Under the pieces are notes generated by a model, which saw nothing but the letters and a program-made list of their open reading frames with translations, was not told the DNA's origin and made no database searches. A DNA stretch of 61,040 nucleotides, filler included. It is 8 parts of 8 records of this genome, joined end to end, with 100 filler letters (N's around TTAATTAATTAA, not from the genome) between each part and the next. Parts side by side here need not be neighbours in the genome. Positions count along the whole stretch, not along the records: positions 12,946 to 22,533 come from SRR31156797_23544; positions 22,634 to 28,180 come from SRR31156797_23565; positions 28,281 to 34,744 come from SRR31156797_23567; 5 more parts are not named here. The stretch is one strand, 5' to 3'. Position 1 is the stretch's first letter. Every line of letters starts with the position of its first letter. A program made the position numbers and the translations under genes. This document shows, in pieces, positions 18,425 through 28,679 of this stretch.

Positions 18425-19747
18425 TTAGTTTCCCCCAGTGGGATCAACAAATCCGACAGTTTCAAATGAGAAGGAGAGGTCAAGATTCTGGATTATTCTG
18501 AAGACTTCGTATTTTGTCAAAACATCACCGTTAGCATCGATATCACAATTGCCGGAAGCGCCTTCATAATTCACATCGCCGAAAGCAGCAAAAGTTTTCA
18601 TCATAGCCCATCCGTCGGCATCCGGTGTAACAGTGGGATCACCCCCGTTTGGACGGGAGACCAGACGGATATTGGTATTTACTGCTTCTCGGAAATCGTC
18701 CAGATCATTTAAACTGACTGTTTTAGCAGCCCTTTCAATAGCCAGGGCAAAAAGGTACGCGATGTCATAAAATTGAGCATTAAAGGAAGCGACTTCCTGG
18801 CCGTAACGGGTCATTAGTTCGGTGGCAAAATTCTGATATGTTGGAGAATTGGGATCAGGGGAAGTGACTGCGCCAAATGATTTGGGATGGCTGTTTACTT
18901 GACCGGTCAATAAACCTGCCGGAGCTATCGTTAGTAAATCATCGGTTTTCTGAGCATCGGAAAGCAGAAATCGCAGCATGTCCTTATCCAGTCCAATTTC
19001 GCTTGTATCAACTTCCTTTAGAAATTCAACATATATGCTAACCATGGCAATGAGAACAGCATCGGGAGAACTGGCGTAGAGTTGAGTCAGTTTTGTTTCG
19101 TATTCGGTATCGTCTGCCACAAAACTTACTTCAGCAGAGATCACACCGCCCAGGGATTCAAACTTGGTGCGAAAGGTCGCTGCCAATCCCTCGCTAAAAG
19201 TATCTCCTTCCTGAACAGCTAAAGCGACTGTGTTTATTCCGACTTCTTGAGCTTTTTGCGCCATGATCTGCGCCTGAAAGCTGTCCTGAGGTGCAAGTCT
19301 CTGGAAATAGTCTGAAATATCGGAATTGGCATCTGCTGTTGAGCTGCCTGAGATTTGCGGGATATGATTGGGATCCGCGACCTGCAGAGCAACTCCTTTC
19401 GATGAGGAACTGAATGAAGTTACAAACCCTATCAGATTATTCACCGAAGCCAGTAGATCGTTAGCGACTGCTGCTGCTGTTTCTTCCCTGTCGACTCCCT
19501 CAGAACTCCGCACTTCCAGTCTGATCGGCCATCCTGCCGATACTCCGCCTGCTTCGTTGATTTGGTCCACGGCGGTGCGCAGTACCTTTTCTCTTGCTGG
19601 ACCACTGCTTATGTCCATCGGAAGAATAACTCCCAAGGTAACTGAAGGTGTGCCTTCATCGCCATCGTCATTATTACTGCATCCGGTACAAAAAAGCGCT
19701 AGGGATACCGCAGCAACCAATAACAGGAATGTTTTAACGTATTGCAT
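18425..19747 (-). CDS. ABC-type branched-chain amino-acid-family substrate-binding lipoprotein (orphan)
   Basis: Lipobox LFCTGC; AVDQINEAGGV, PQISGSST, FQRLAPQDSFQ, YDIAYLFALA, YEGASG..DIDANGD. Confidence 0.8.
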   Translation of the reverse strand: MQYVKTFLLLVAAVSLALFCTGCSNNDDGDEGTPSVTLGVILPMDISSGPAREKVLRTAVDQINEAGGVSAGWPIRLEVRSSEGVDREETAAAVANDLLASVNNLIGFVTSFSSSSKGVALQVADPNHIPQISGSSTADANSDISDYFQRLAPQDSFQAQIMAQKAQEVGINTVALAVQEGDTFSEGLAATFRTKFESLGGVISAEVSFVADDTEYETKLTQLYASSPDAVLIAMVSIYVEFLKEVDTSEIGLDKDMLRFLLSDAQKTDDLLTIAPAGLLTGQVNSHPKSFGAVTSPDPNSPTYQNFATELMTRYGQEVASFNAQFYDIAYLFALAIERAAKTVSLNDLDDFREAVNTNIRLVSRPNGGDPTVTPDADGWAMMKTFAAFGDVNYEGASGNCDIDANGDVLTKYEVFRIIQNLDLSFSFETVGFVDPTGGN

Positions 19748-19804
19748 AAGAAATCCTCCTTAATTGTTGAAGGATAAATGTTTTGGATGCTGTTTATCAA
19801 GGTC

Positions 19805-19985
19805 TTATTGATCGAACCCGAAAATATATGGAGCGGAGATGGTGTTGGAATTGTCGCTGGCGCCGCTGCTGTTTTCAGCCCTTACGCCATAAAAATACTC
19901 AGCACCCCCGATAACCCCGTGACGGAAAATGTGGTCGCATCCCCCATATCCAAAATCGATTTATCAGATATATGCAATCGGTCTT
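19805..19985 (-). pseudogene. Frameshifted fibronectin type III domain relic
   Basis: DRLHISDKSILDMGDATTFSVTGLS, then in a shifted frame (G run 19905-19909) GAEYFYGVRAENSSGASDNSNTISAP; matches the FN3 pattern VTGL...Y.Y.VRA.N..G.S..SN. Confidence 0.6.
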
Positions 19986-20160
19986 GACCGACGATTCAAA
20001 AGAGTTCAATGGGAAAATGAGGGGAATTAAGTGGTTTGGATCGATAGTTTATAGTGGGGGCAGGGAAACAATAGCCCTTTACGGAAAGGTGCGAATAGGG
20101 TAAAAATATTATGTTGTCAGCTGGTGAGACAGGTTCCCCACAAACGAGGATGAGAAATCG

Positions 20161-21765
20161 ATGCAATGGCGACGATGGCTATCGCCCCGCAGGCTTACCA
20201 TTCTGCTCCTGTTCGTTTGCCTAATAGGGCTTATACTAGGATTGTTGAGTGGATGGCGGCATGCGAACCGGTTCCTGCCTAGAGATAACGCTTATGCGAA
20301 TATGCTGTTTAATGTTCGATGGATGACTGGCCTCTTTGGGATCTTCCCGATCTCACTTTTTTTCATCCGACTCAGCAAGGAGCGCAAACATTTCCTATCT
20401 GCTATCCGTACATGGCTTCCGCTTCGCTCTGCTGTCTACTTTGGCTTTGCCGCCATCGCCACCAATTCCATCTGTTTCGGCTGTGGACTTCTTGGTGAAA
20501 GCGGCTACCCAATGCGCTCCTTTTTCTACAGCAGCTATATTTTCTGGGCTGGACTATGGGTCTTGCTGTGCATTGGTATGCCAAATTTCTTTATTCGGGC
20601 CGAGCGTGGAACCTTTCATGTCCTTGATTTATGCCTTGTCAATTTGATACTGGTCCTTCTTCTTTTGGAAGGAGGGTTACAGCTATGGGCTCCCCATTCC
20701 CACTCCCCTTTTTTTTGGGATGTGTCATCAATTGAATCCACCCTCAAGAAGTACCGGCAAAAACCGAAACAACCATACTTCAATTCTTTTTTTAACAGTC
20801 AAGGTTATCATGATAAAGAGTTTTTCAACAGAAAGGAGAATGATTTTGTGGTCGCCCTTCTGGCCGATTCCTTTGGAATGGGGGTGGTGCCATACGACTT
20901 TAATTTCGTCTCTGTTGCCGAAAAAGCCCTCCAGGAAAAGCTCTCTGACAGATTTCAAAGTATAGCAATTCACAACTTTGGCATTCCATCCATTGGGATG
21001 CGGGAATATGCCTATCTTCTCACGACCGAAGTGCTTCAATTGTGCCCCAATTTGGTTTTGCTTTGCGTTTTCGTGGGAAACGATATCGGCGGATATTTTT
21101 ACTCTAAGAATGGTTGGCAATGTTTTCAGGGCTGGTTCCTTTGGACTGTGGCAAACCGTGTTCTGGCTCTTCTTCGAGAAGTGAGCCGCGGAAGAGGGGT
21201 GGTGCCGATAGGGGAGCCCATGGAAAAGACTCTGGGAACGAAGGGGGGTAAATTGCCATCATACCTCTTTGACAATTCACTGGAATTGCCGACCTTCTCC
21301 GAAGAGACTTTCCTTCATATCGAGTCATCACGGCTCGAAATTTGCAACTCAAACAACCCGTCCACGGCCAAGAAATTCGAGGAATTTTTCAAGGTCCTGC
21401 AATACATTGAAAACCTTTTGAAAGAGAAGCTGGTCGTAGTTTTAATCCCGGATCAATTTCAGGTGGACAATCTCCTTTACGATCGTATCCTTCAAACAAA
21501 AGGTCGCCCTAAGCAATATATCCGAAATTATCCGCAAGAGCGCATCAAAGAGTATTGCTTGTTACACCGCATACCAGTGCTGGATCTTTTGCAGCCACTG
21601 ATCCTGGCGGAGAAGGAAGCAAAAACCTATCATCTGCGGGACACCCACTGGAATACTCATGGAAACCGCGTGGCAGGAGAGGCCATTGCATCCGCTATTC
21701 TGCTGTGTGAAACCTTAAAACACGCCCACAAACCATCGCCGTTAACATTTATCAAAAAACCTTGA
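20161..21765 (+). CDS. Membrane-anchored SGNH/GDSL (AlgX/AlgJ-like) protein
   Basis: N-terminal TM helices; LLADSFGMG (block I), HNFGIPS, FVGND (block III), DTHWN.HG (DxH). Confidence 0.75.
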   Translation: MQWRRWLSPRRLTILLLFVCLIGLILGLLSGWRHANRFLPRDNAYANMLFNVRWMTGLFGIFPISLFFIRLSKERKHFLSAIRTWLPLRSAVYFGFAAIATNSICFGCGLLGESGYPMRSFFYSSYIFWAGLWVLLCIGMPNFFIRAERGTFHVLDLCLVNLILVLLLLEGGLQLWAPHSHSPFFWDVSSIESTLKKYRQKPKQPYFNSFFNSQGYHDKEFFNRKENDFVVALLADSFGMGVVPYDFNFVSVAEKALQEKLSDRFQSIAIHNFGIPSIGMREYAYLLTTEVLQLCPNLVLLCVFVGNDIGGYFYSKNGWQCFQGWFLWTVANRVLALLREVSRGRGVVPIGEPMEKTLGTKGGKLPSYLFDNSLELPTFSEETFLHIESSRLEICNSNNPSTAKKFEEFFKVLQYIENLLKEKLVVVLIPDQFQVDNLLYDRILQTKGRPKQYIRNYPQERIKEYCLLHRIPVLDLLQPLILAEKEAKTYHLRDTHWNTHGNRVAGEAIASAILLCETLKHAHKPSPLTFIKKP

Positions 21766-22485
21766 TTTCATCTCACCATAAGCCAATTCCATCAAAGGCT
21801 CTAGGTTTATGATGTCCGCATTGTTGTAGCTGATGAGGGTTTTCAGCGCTTTCTCATCTCCCCGCCGGTACTTCTGCCATAGCCTGACCGCTTCGAAACC
21901 GTCCACACCATCAATTTCATCACTACGGGTGATTCCCAGATCTTTTTCAATCCTTTTGAGGCCTCCCTCATATCCCAGTTTCTTCAACACGAACCGAAGG
22001 TCGATATGCCCATCGGGGAGGGAAATCCCCGGAAAGCAGCCTTTTATGAAGGGCAGATCGAAGCAGGCACCGTTAAAGGTGATTACGAGATCATAGGAGG
22101 CAACGGCCATTTCAAATGCGTCGAGGTTTTTACCGTTTACAAAGGTCTGTATCCGGTTACCGTCGTAAAGTCCGATGACGGTGATATCATTGCTCCATTG
22201 ATCATACCCGCTGGTTTCAATGTCCAAATAGACGGCCCGGTGTTTGAAGGCATCAAAAAGGCGCCACTTTTCCCCTGCGGGCAATCTCTCATTAAAAAAA
22301 CCGATATGGTTCCGGTGCGCCAGGGATGCATCCAGATTTTCATGGATCAAACGGTCTTTTACCGGAGAAATAACAGGTTTTTCATGATGTAAGAAATCCT
22401 GCCATGTATGGATTCCCCGGTCCCAGAGGGTCTGTTCCGTCTTGGGACCGATTCCCGGAATATGGATAAAGGTGTGTTCAAGCAT
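21742..22485 (-). CDS. YprB-like RNase H-superfamily exonuclease with N-terminal HhH
   Basis: HIPGIGPKTE, YLDIETSG, TFNGACFDLPF, HIDLR, GGLKRIE, YNNADIINL (DEDD). Confidence 0.85.
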   Translation of the reverse strand: MLEHTFIHIPGIGPKTEQTLWDRGIHTWQDFLHHEKPVISPVKDRLIHENLDASLAHRNHIGFFNERLPAGEKWRLFDAFKHRAVYLDIETSGYDQWSNDITVIGLYDGNRIQTFVNGKNLDAFEMAVASYDLVITFNGACFDLPFIKGCFPGISLPDGHIDLRFVLKKLGYEGGLKRIEKDLGITRSDEIDGVDGFEAVRLWQKYRRGDEKALKTLISYNNADIINLEPLMELAYGEMKSRFFDKC

Positions 22486-22533
22486 GGGAAGCTCCACTGC
22501 CGTTTTCAGTGATTTCCGAGGTTCCGCGCTAAT

Positions 22534-22633
22534 NNNNNNNNNNNNNNNNNNNNNNNNNNNNNNNNNNNNNNNNNNNNTTAATTAATTAANNNNNNNNNNN
22601 NNNNNNNNNNNNNNNNNNNNNNNNNNNNNNNNN
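22534..22633. other. Artificial contig spacer
   Basis: N44-TTAATTAATTAA-N44. Confidence 0.98.
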
Positions 22634-22738
22634 ATCACCAGTAGAGTTTTCATTTTCACTTTTTGCTGTATCACCTAATTCTATTACGTCTTGTATTTGT
22701 TTACTAGCTTCTTTTATTGCTTCAAATATTTCTTGCAT
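22634..22738 (-). CDS. fbp: Class 1 fructose-1,6-bisphosphatase, N-terminal fragment (truncated by contig end)
   Basis: MQEIFEAIKEASKQIQDVIELGDTAKSENENSTGD; TAATG overlap with the mobB stop; mobB-fbp order is typical of Campylobacterota. Not in the ORF track. Confidence 0.8.
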
Positions 22739-23241
22739 TAAACTCTCTTTGCATTGTTTTCAATCCAGTTGATTATCTCTTCTGGGTTATTTAAGTCTAG
22801 TTTATCTAAGTTAGAAGGAATTTCATTTTCATTGATAGTTTCATCAAAAGCTATTGAGTTACTATATTTAAAATAAGATTCGTCTACTTCATCTCTAAAG
22901 ATTGTAATTCTTGGTAGAGGAAGAGTTTTTAATCCTTCAACTAGTAAATAATCAAAATCTTTAAAAGTTTCAATTATTTCATCGATTGATGAAGTTTCAT
23001 TTTTAAAATATGTAGTTCTTTTAGGACTTACTACCGCAACATCAGCACCTGTTTCAAAGAATCTGTAACTATCTTTTTTAGGTATATCAAAAGTTGCTTT
23101 ATTTCCCGGGTCATGTTTTACAATACACACCTTATGCCCCATCTCTTGTAAAAGAGTAGAAACTTTAATAATAAGTGTAGTTTTTCCGCTGTTAGACGGG
23201 CCACTAAAAGCAACTGCAAGTTTTTTATATTGATTATTCAT
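22738..23241 (-). CDS. mobB: Molybdopterin-guanine dinucleotide biosynthesis protein B
   Basis: FSGPSNSGKTT, VKHDP, KDSYRF, LVEGLK. Confidence 0.9.
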   Translation of the reverse strand: MNNQYKKLAVAFSGPSNSGKTTLIIKVSTLLQEMGHKVCIVKHDPGNKATFDIPKKDSYRFFETGADVAVVSPKRTTYFKNETSSIDEIIETFKDFDYLLVEGLKTLPLPRITIFRDEVDESYFKYSNSIAFDETINENEIPSNLDKLDLNNPEEIINWIENNAKRV

Positions 23242-23310
23242 GGGGTAGATTTTATCTAAATATATGTTAAAGTAAAATTAGGGTAAGATGCCATCTTACA
23301 ATAATTTAGG

Positions 23311-23808
23311 ATGTTTTTTATGAAGATAATTAGTAGTTTTTTTATACTGTTTTTAGCTCTGTATTTTACAGGTTGTGCAGATAAGACAAGTGCATTAAAT
23401 CATTTTGAAAATGATAAATTAAGTGCAAAAGCAATTCAATACACAAAAAAGCGAGACTTATTAAATAATAATGAAGTTGAGGCTTTAATTTTTGTTACAT
23501 ATTTAAATAATGTAGATGAAAAGTATAAGAGTGATAATATTGAAACTTTTATTCTTGGAGTTCAAATTGCAAATAAAGATAATGAGAACTTTTTCAAAGA
23601 CTCTTATAAATTAGTTTTAAATGAAAAAGAATCAGTAAGTTTAAAAGGTTTAGATGCAAACTCTACTTTAGTAAACTCTATACCACTAAAAAACCCATGG
23701 GCTAGGTACTATTTAGTAAAGTTCAATAACAAAGAAGAGTTAAGAGAATTAAATTTAGAGTTTATTCATACTAAATATGGAACTGCTACTTTAAGCTTTC
23801 AAAAATAG
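23311..23808 (+). CDS. Campylobacterota conserved lipoprotein
   Basis: Lipobox YFTGC; VTYLN and NPWARYYLVKF motifs. Confidence 0.7.
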   Translation: MFFMKIISSFFILFLALYFTGCADKTSALNHFENDKLSAKAIQYTKKRDLLNNNEVEALIFVTYLNNVDEKYKSDNIETFILGVQIANKDNENFFKDSYKLVLNEKESVSLKGLDANSTLVNSIPLKNPWARYYLVKFNNKEELRELNLEFIHTKYGTATLSFQK

Positions 23809-25192
23809 AAGATAATTTTATCTTCTTTTTTTCTTTTTTAATATTGTTATTGATATAGAAATAATAATTTAAAACAAACTCTTCAAGTTTCTCATCAGAG
23901 ATAAACTCAAAAATAAGACTTTTATCTATCTTTTCATTTAATTTATAATTTTTTTCTAATAACTTTAAAGTATCATTTTTATTTTCTAAAGTTAAATACT
24001 TTAAAATAGGGTTAATATCTTTATCTTCTAAAAGCTCTTTATTTAGTAAAGAGACACTTTTTTTCAGAGCTAAACCATTATTATAGAAGTTTTCTACATC
24101 TTTAAGTTCATAATTTTGATTTAATAGACCAATATTAAACTCTTTAGAAATAAATTTGTTGTTAAAGTCTGAATTAGCTTTTATTAAAGAGTAAAGAAAA
24201 GCTTTTGTTTCTAAAGATAATTTTTTTGTATTCTTTTTAAACTCTGTATTTTTTGTTTGAGCAAAACTTAAAGGTTTTTTCTCTTCTAAAAGTTCATTTG
24301 CAAGAATTGTATATAAGTCTACTTTTGTATTTAAAGATATATCTTTTAAATACATTTCATTTTTAGAAGCTTTATATAACCAGAATAAAACTTTATTGAT
24401 ATTCTTATCATCTGTTTTATTTAAAGCATTTTGTAAAAAAGTAGTAGCTTTATCTATTTTTTCAAGGGCAAATGCATTTAATCCTAACAAAAAAGATGAG
24501 TTTGCATTTAAGTTTGAATCATCAATAGCTAAAAATGAATCATTTACAATATCAAAATTTCTATTTGTAATGTTTTGTTTTAAATACTTTTCAAAATTTA
24601 CTTTATCTTGGTAAATTCTAAAAAATGTTTTTCTAGGTAGTCTATAGTTAAAATAGTTCTCTTTAAACTCTACTGGCAAATTAAAATATAAGTCATAAAA
24701 TGAGTTGCTATCTAAAGTAATAATTTTTGTAAAAGGTATAGCAGAAGATAAAACTTTTAAGTTTTTTGCAAAAAGAGGGTATTTTTCTGATGTTTTATTT
24801 ATAAGTTGATTTAATTCTAAAGAGTTTAATTTAGATGCTTCTTCATAATCTAATCCTACTTTAATACAATCAGCATAAGAGCTAAGTAGTTGCTTTGTTG
24901 GCATATTCATACATTGAACTACAGCTAAGGTTTCATCATGTTTATACTTTAATGCAAAGTTAGTAAATAGTTTTGTATTCATAGAATCAATATATGATAG
25001 TGATTCATAAGCTTGCTCTTGTGTAATAGAGGGTTGCTTTAAAAATTCATTTAAAAGAAAGTCTCTTTTAAGACCTTTCTCTTCTTTTTTAATTGTTTCA
25101 AGAGTTAAAAACTCTTTTTTAGTATCTACTGCTTCATTTGAAAAAGCAAGTGAAGATAAAAGAGTTATTAATAGAAGAGAAGAGGGCTTCAT
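23786..25192 (-). CDS. Degenerate soluble lytic transglycosylase (Slt)-like protein
   Basis: Signal peptide, helical N-region (KVLFWLY), position next to yggT/gltX where slt normally lies; the SLT motif reads LYSLIKANSDFN...IGLLNQ with no catalytic ES. Confidence 0.55.
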   Translation of the reverse strand: MKPSSLLLITLLSSLAFSNEAVDTKKEFLTLETIKKEEKGLKRDFLLNEFLKQPSITQEQAYESLSYIDSMNTKLFTNFALKYKHDETLAVVQCMNMPTKQLLSSYADCIKVGLDYEEASKLNSLELNQLINKTSEKYPLFAKNLKVLSSAIPFTKIITLDSNSFYDLYFNLPVEFKENYFNYRLPRKTFFRIYQDKVNFEKYLKQNITNRNFDIVNDSFLAIDDSNLNANSSFLLGLNAFALEKIDKATTFLQNALNKTDDKNINKVLFWLYKASKNEMYLKDISLNTKVDLYTILANELLEEKKPLSFAQTKNTEFKKNTKKLSLETKAFLYSLIKANSDFNNKFISKEFNIGLLNQNYELKDVENFYNNGLALKKSVSLLNKELLEDKDINPILKYLTLENKNDTLKLLEKNYKLNEKIDKSLIFEFISDEKLEEFVLNYYFYINNNIKKEKKKIKLSSIFESLK

Positions 25193-25193
25193 A

Positions 25194-25472
25194 TTACATT
25201 CCCATAAAAAGTTTACCTAAGAATGTCTCTAGGAAGATTAATGCAAAAATTAAGATAATTGGTGCAAAGTCCATTCCTCCAAAAACTGTAGGAATAAATC
25301 TTCTTACAAGATTATAAGCTGGTTCTGTTAATCTATGTAGCATTTGTACAATTGGGTTATATGGGTCAGGTCTTACCCAAGAAAGGATAGCTGATATTAT
25401 AATAACCCATTTATATAAAAATACAATACTTAAAACTACAGTGAAAACTGAACTTAGTAGGGCATCCATCAT
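25194..25472 (-). CDS. yggT: YggT family membrane protein
   Basis: [28 protein letters not shown]. Confidence 0.92.
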   Translation of the reverse strand: MMDALLSSVFTVVLSIVFLYKWVIIISAILSWVRPDPYNPIVQMLHRLTEPAYNLVRRFIPTVFGGMDFAPIILIFALIFLETFLGKLFMGM

Positions 25473-26743
25473 TTTGTAATTTCTCCTAAATAATTTTTAA
25501 TTAAAGGGTAAACTTCTGAAAGATCAATCTCATTAGTTTGTCCTGTAAGAATATAAGTTAAAGGCTTTAAAAGCTTTTCCTCTTTTAATTGTGTTTTATC
25601 AGTAAGATATTGCTTAAACTCAGTAAAACTGTCAATATAAGGAGCATCATTTATAGCTAACTTTAATTCTACAAACTCTTCTTCAAAACCTTCACATGTA
25701 GATTTTGGCGCAAATACTAAATCAATTTTTTCTTTTATCTCTTTAATAGTTGATGTTTCAGCTAAGAATAGTTTTCCAAGTTTTCCAATATCATCATCTG
25801 CAAAACCTAAAATCTTTGAAAATCTCATGTTATCTATATGAGAAAGATGTTTTTTATTAATCTCTTTTAGTTTCTCAATATCAAAGTTTACTGCTTCTTT
25901 TGAGATGTTTTTTATATCAAACCACTCTACAGCTTCTTCTAATGTAAAAATCTCTTTTGGTGTTTCATTTCCAAGAAGAACTAAATAGTTTGCAATAGCT
26001 GCAGGAAGGAAACCTTCATCAATAAGCTGTTTTACAGAAGAGTATTTTGAGTCTACATTTACACTTGGAACATGTGTAAATTCTATTTCCTTATCATAGT
26101 TTAATAGCTTTCTTACATGTATTTGTTTTGCTGCATCATCTATGTTGTCTTCAGATGTAATAACAGCAGATATATTAAATAACATATCATCAACAGCATG
26201 TGCATAGTTAGGTGTTGGCATTTTATCTTGTCTCAGAATAGGGAACGAATCAACACTAGAAGGAGTATATGTTAGCTTTCCTTTTAAAAGATCATTAAAT
26301 ACTATCTCTTCCTCTGGCTTTTTTATTCTAACAATAAAAGGAGAATTAACATTTAAAACTGTTTCATCAGAAAGAGTTTGACAAAAACCATCATATTCAT
26401 AAGGTTTATTCTTCTTTTTTGCTTCTTCTTTTAGTTCTTCTATTTTTGCATCAGAGCAAAAACATGCAAAACCATTTTTTTGTCCCATAAGTTGCATAGT
26501 AAGTTTTTGATGATATTTTAGATTATCACTTTGGTGAAAAACTCCCTCATAACCTATAGAAAAAAGATTTAAAAGTTCTAAAATCTCTTTATCTTTTCCT
26601 TCTATAGTTTTTTCTTTGTCTGTATCTTCTATTCTAATTAAAAGCTTTTCATTTAATTGTTTAGAAACAATATGATTAAATATTGCTACTCTTAAATCAC
26701 CTATACTCATATCTTTTGTTGGACTTTGTGCAAATCTTAACAA
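25469..26743 (-). CDS. gltX: Glutamyl-tRNA synthetase (GluRS2-type) paralogue with degenerate catalytic motifs
   Basis: [42 protein letters not shown] and an anticodon-binding domain are present; HIGH reads SIGD, RGEDH reads TSEDN, KMSKR is absent. Confidence 0.85.
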   Translation of the reverse strand: MLRFAQSPTKDMSIGDLRVAIFNHIVSKQLNEKLLIRIEDTDKEKTIEGKDKEILELLNLFSIGYEGVFHQSDNLKYHQKLTMQLMGQKNGFACFCSDAKIEELKEEAKKKNKPYEYDGFCQTLSDETVLNVNSPFIVRIKKPEEEIVFNDLLKGKLTYTPSSVDSFPILRQDKMPTPNYAHAVDDMLFNISAVITSEDNIDDAAKQIHVRKLLNYDKEIEFTHVPSVNVDSKYSSVKQLIDEGFLPAAIANYLVLLGNETPKEIFTLEEAVEWFDIKNISKEAVNFDIEKLKEINKKHLSHIDNMRFSKILGFADDDIGKLGKLFLAETSTIKEIKEKIDLVFAPKSTCEGFEEEFVELKLAINDAPYIDSFTEFKQYLTDKTQLKEEKLLKPLTYILTGQTNEIDLSEVYPLIKNYLGEITK

Positions 26744-26744
26744 A

Positions 26745-28034
26745 TTACTTCCTTACTATTGAAAATGATAATTTTTTAATCTCATCATGAGATTTTATAT
26801 ATTCGTTTAAATCGTCTAAATTAAGAGCTTGTATTTTCTCTAACTCTTTTTGCGAGTGATCAAAATCTAAGCCTCTATAAAACAGAGTAAAGGCTCTATG
26901 TAGTCTTTGAGACAATGTTTCAGTTCTTAAAGGCTCACTTCCTAAAATAAAATTTTTAGCTGCGTCTAACTCTTCTTGAGTTACACCTTTGTTTACAAAC
27001 TCATTTACAATCTCTGAAACTAGCTCTTTTGCTTCATCTGCACTTTCAAGTTTAGTTTGTAAATAACCTGTAAAGTAGTTGTGAGACTTATTTATTGAAA
27101 CATACCCATATGCAGAATATGCCAATCCTCTTTTTACACGGATTTCTTCCATAAGTCTACTTCCAAAACCACTTCCACCTAAAATAAAAGAAGCTACTTT
27201 TGCTTTATAGTTATCTTCATTTTTAGCTGTTGTTTCAAAAGGACTTCCAAAATATATGTATGCTTGTTGAGTCTCTTTTTTTAGTGTCTTTACTTGTGCT
27301 TTATCACTTGTTTTTACTGTTTTAAATTTATTACTATTTTTAGCTTTTATATTTTTTAATAGTTTTTTTAGTTTTATTGAAAGCTCATCAAACTCTATAT
27401 CACCACCTACAACAACAATTAGGTTGTTCAAATCAATTGCATTGTCTAAAAACTTTTTAATATCAGCAAGTTTAATCTTTTCAATTGATTCAATACTACC
27501 ACTTGATGGATTTTGTAAAGCTGTTCCTTCAAAAAGAGTCTCTTTTAAATTTTTACTAGCAATGTAGTCAAAATCATTCTCTTTTCTTTTTAATGAACCA
27601 GTTTTAATAGTTTTTATTTTATCTAATACTTTTTTATCATAATTAGGATCATTTAGTAACTCTTTTAATAAAGATAAGGCTTTATCATTTACATCTTTAA
27701 TTGAAGAAAGCTCAATAACAAATGTCTCAAAGCCAACAGAAGAGTGTAATGAAATAGCTGAATCTTCTAACTTTTGAGCAAATTTAGTAGAACCTAACTC
27801 TTTTGTTCCTTCATTTAGCAATTTTGCTGAAAGTGATGCTAAACCACTTTTATTTTTATCTTGCATATATCCAGAGTTTTTAAAAACAAGTTGTAAATTT
27901 AGTATTGGTAAATTTTTATCTTGTTCAAAAACTACAGGTATTTCAATATCATTTATTTTTATTTGCTTAACTGTAGCAGACATTAAATATCCTTGAATTA
28001 ATAATAGTAGTAAAAAAGATTTAAAGAGGTTCAT
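26745..28034 (-). CDS. M16 family peptidase, non-catalytic subunit type
   Basis: [14 protein letters not shown] in place of Hxx[19 protein letters not shown] (R/Y pair). Confidence 0.85.
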   Translation of the reverse strand: MNLFKSFLLLLLIQGYLMSATVKQIKINDIEIPVVFEQDKNLPILNLQLVFKNSGYMQDKNKSGLASLSAKLLNEGTKELGSTKFAQKLEDSAISLHSSVGFETFVIELSSIKDVNDKALSLLKELLNDPNYDKKVLDKIKTIKTGSLKRKENDFDYIASKNLKETLFEGTALQNPSSGSIESIEKIKLADIKKFLDNAIDLNNLIVVVGGDIEFDELSIKLKKLLKNIKAKNSNKFKTVKTSDKAQVKTLKKETQQAYIYFGSPFETTAKNEDNYKAKVASFILGGSGFGSRLMEEIRVKRGLAYSAYGYVSINKSHNYFTGYLQTKLESADEAKELVSEIVNEFVNKGVTQEELDAAKNFILGSEPLRTETLSQRLHRAFTLFYRGLDFDHSQKELEKIQALNLDDLNEYIKSHDEIKKLSFSIVRK

Positions 28035-28038
28035 GTAG

Positions 28039-28180
28039 TTAAAACCTCTCTAAAATCTCATAAGCAGTGTTTCTTTTTGCTGGGTTTTCACCAACATCAT
28101 GGATTAATTGAATCATTTCATCTTGATTCATACAATTGGTAGCTCCTGCAGCTGCAACTACATTTTCTTCCATCATTGTA
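28039..28180 (-). CDS. mqnC: Dehypoxanthine futalosine cyclase, C-terminal fragment
   Basis: TMMEENVVAAAGATNCMNQDEMIQLIHDVGENPAKRNTAYEILERF*. Not in the ORF track. Confidence 0.8.
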
Positions 28181-28280
28181 NNNNNNNNNNNNNNNNNNNN
28201 NNNNNNNNNNNNNNNNNNNNNNNNTTAATTAATTAANNNNNNNNNNNNNNNNNNNNNNNNNNNNNNNNNNNNNNNNNNNN
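28181..28280. other. Artificial contig spacer
   Basis: N44-TTAATTAATTAA-N44. Confidence 0.98.
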
Positions 28281-28679
28281 TTTTTGTCCACCACTTAAAC
28301 TATTTGGTAATCTATTTGCTAAGGCTTCTAAATCTGTTATTTTTAAAAGATAATTTGCTAACTCTTTGTCTTTATTTACAAAAAATAGATTCTCTATTAC
28401 TGTCATATTAGGAAAAAGTGCATAGTCTTGAAAAACAAAACCTATTTTTCTTTTTTGTACTGGCAAAAACTCTTTTTCATCTTGCCAAATTTCATTATCA
28501 ACTTTTATAATTCCTTCTGCCTTTTCAAGTCCAGCTAAACTTCTAAGCAGAGTTGTTTTTCCACTTCCACTAAGTCCAGTTAGGGCTATAAAGTCTTTAT
28601 TATTAATATTTAAATTTACATCAAGATTCATAGCCCCTTGTGAGCCATGAAGTTCTTTTTTTATATCTATATCTATCAT
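28281..28679 (-). CDS. modC: Molybdate ABC transporter ATPase (3'-truncated)
   Basis: GLSGSGKTT, VFQDYALFPNM, LSGGQ; follows modB. Confidence 0.9.

Noticed and set aside
19778-19987. 69-aa plus-strand ORF
   Set aside because: Antisense to the FN3 relic; no independent support.
21742-22485. YprB-like nuclease as a defence module
   Set aside because: No helicase partner visible before the contig end; common stand-alone gene.
26745-28034. M16 protein lacking HxxEH as another novel pseudo-enzyme
   Set aside because: Non-catalytic M16B subunits carrying the R/Y pair are well known.
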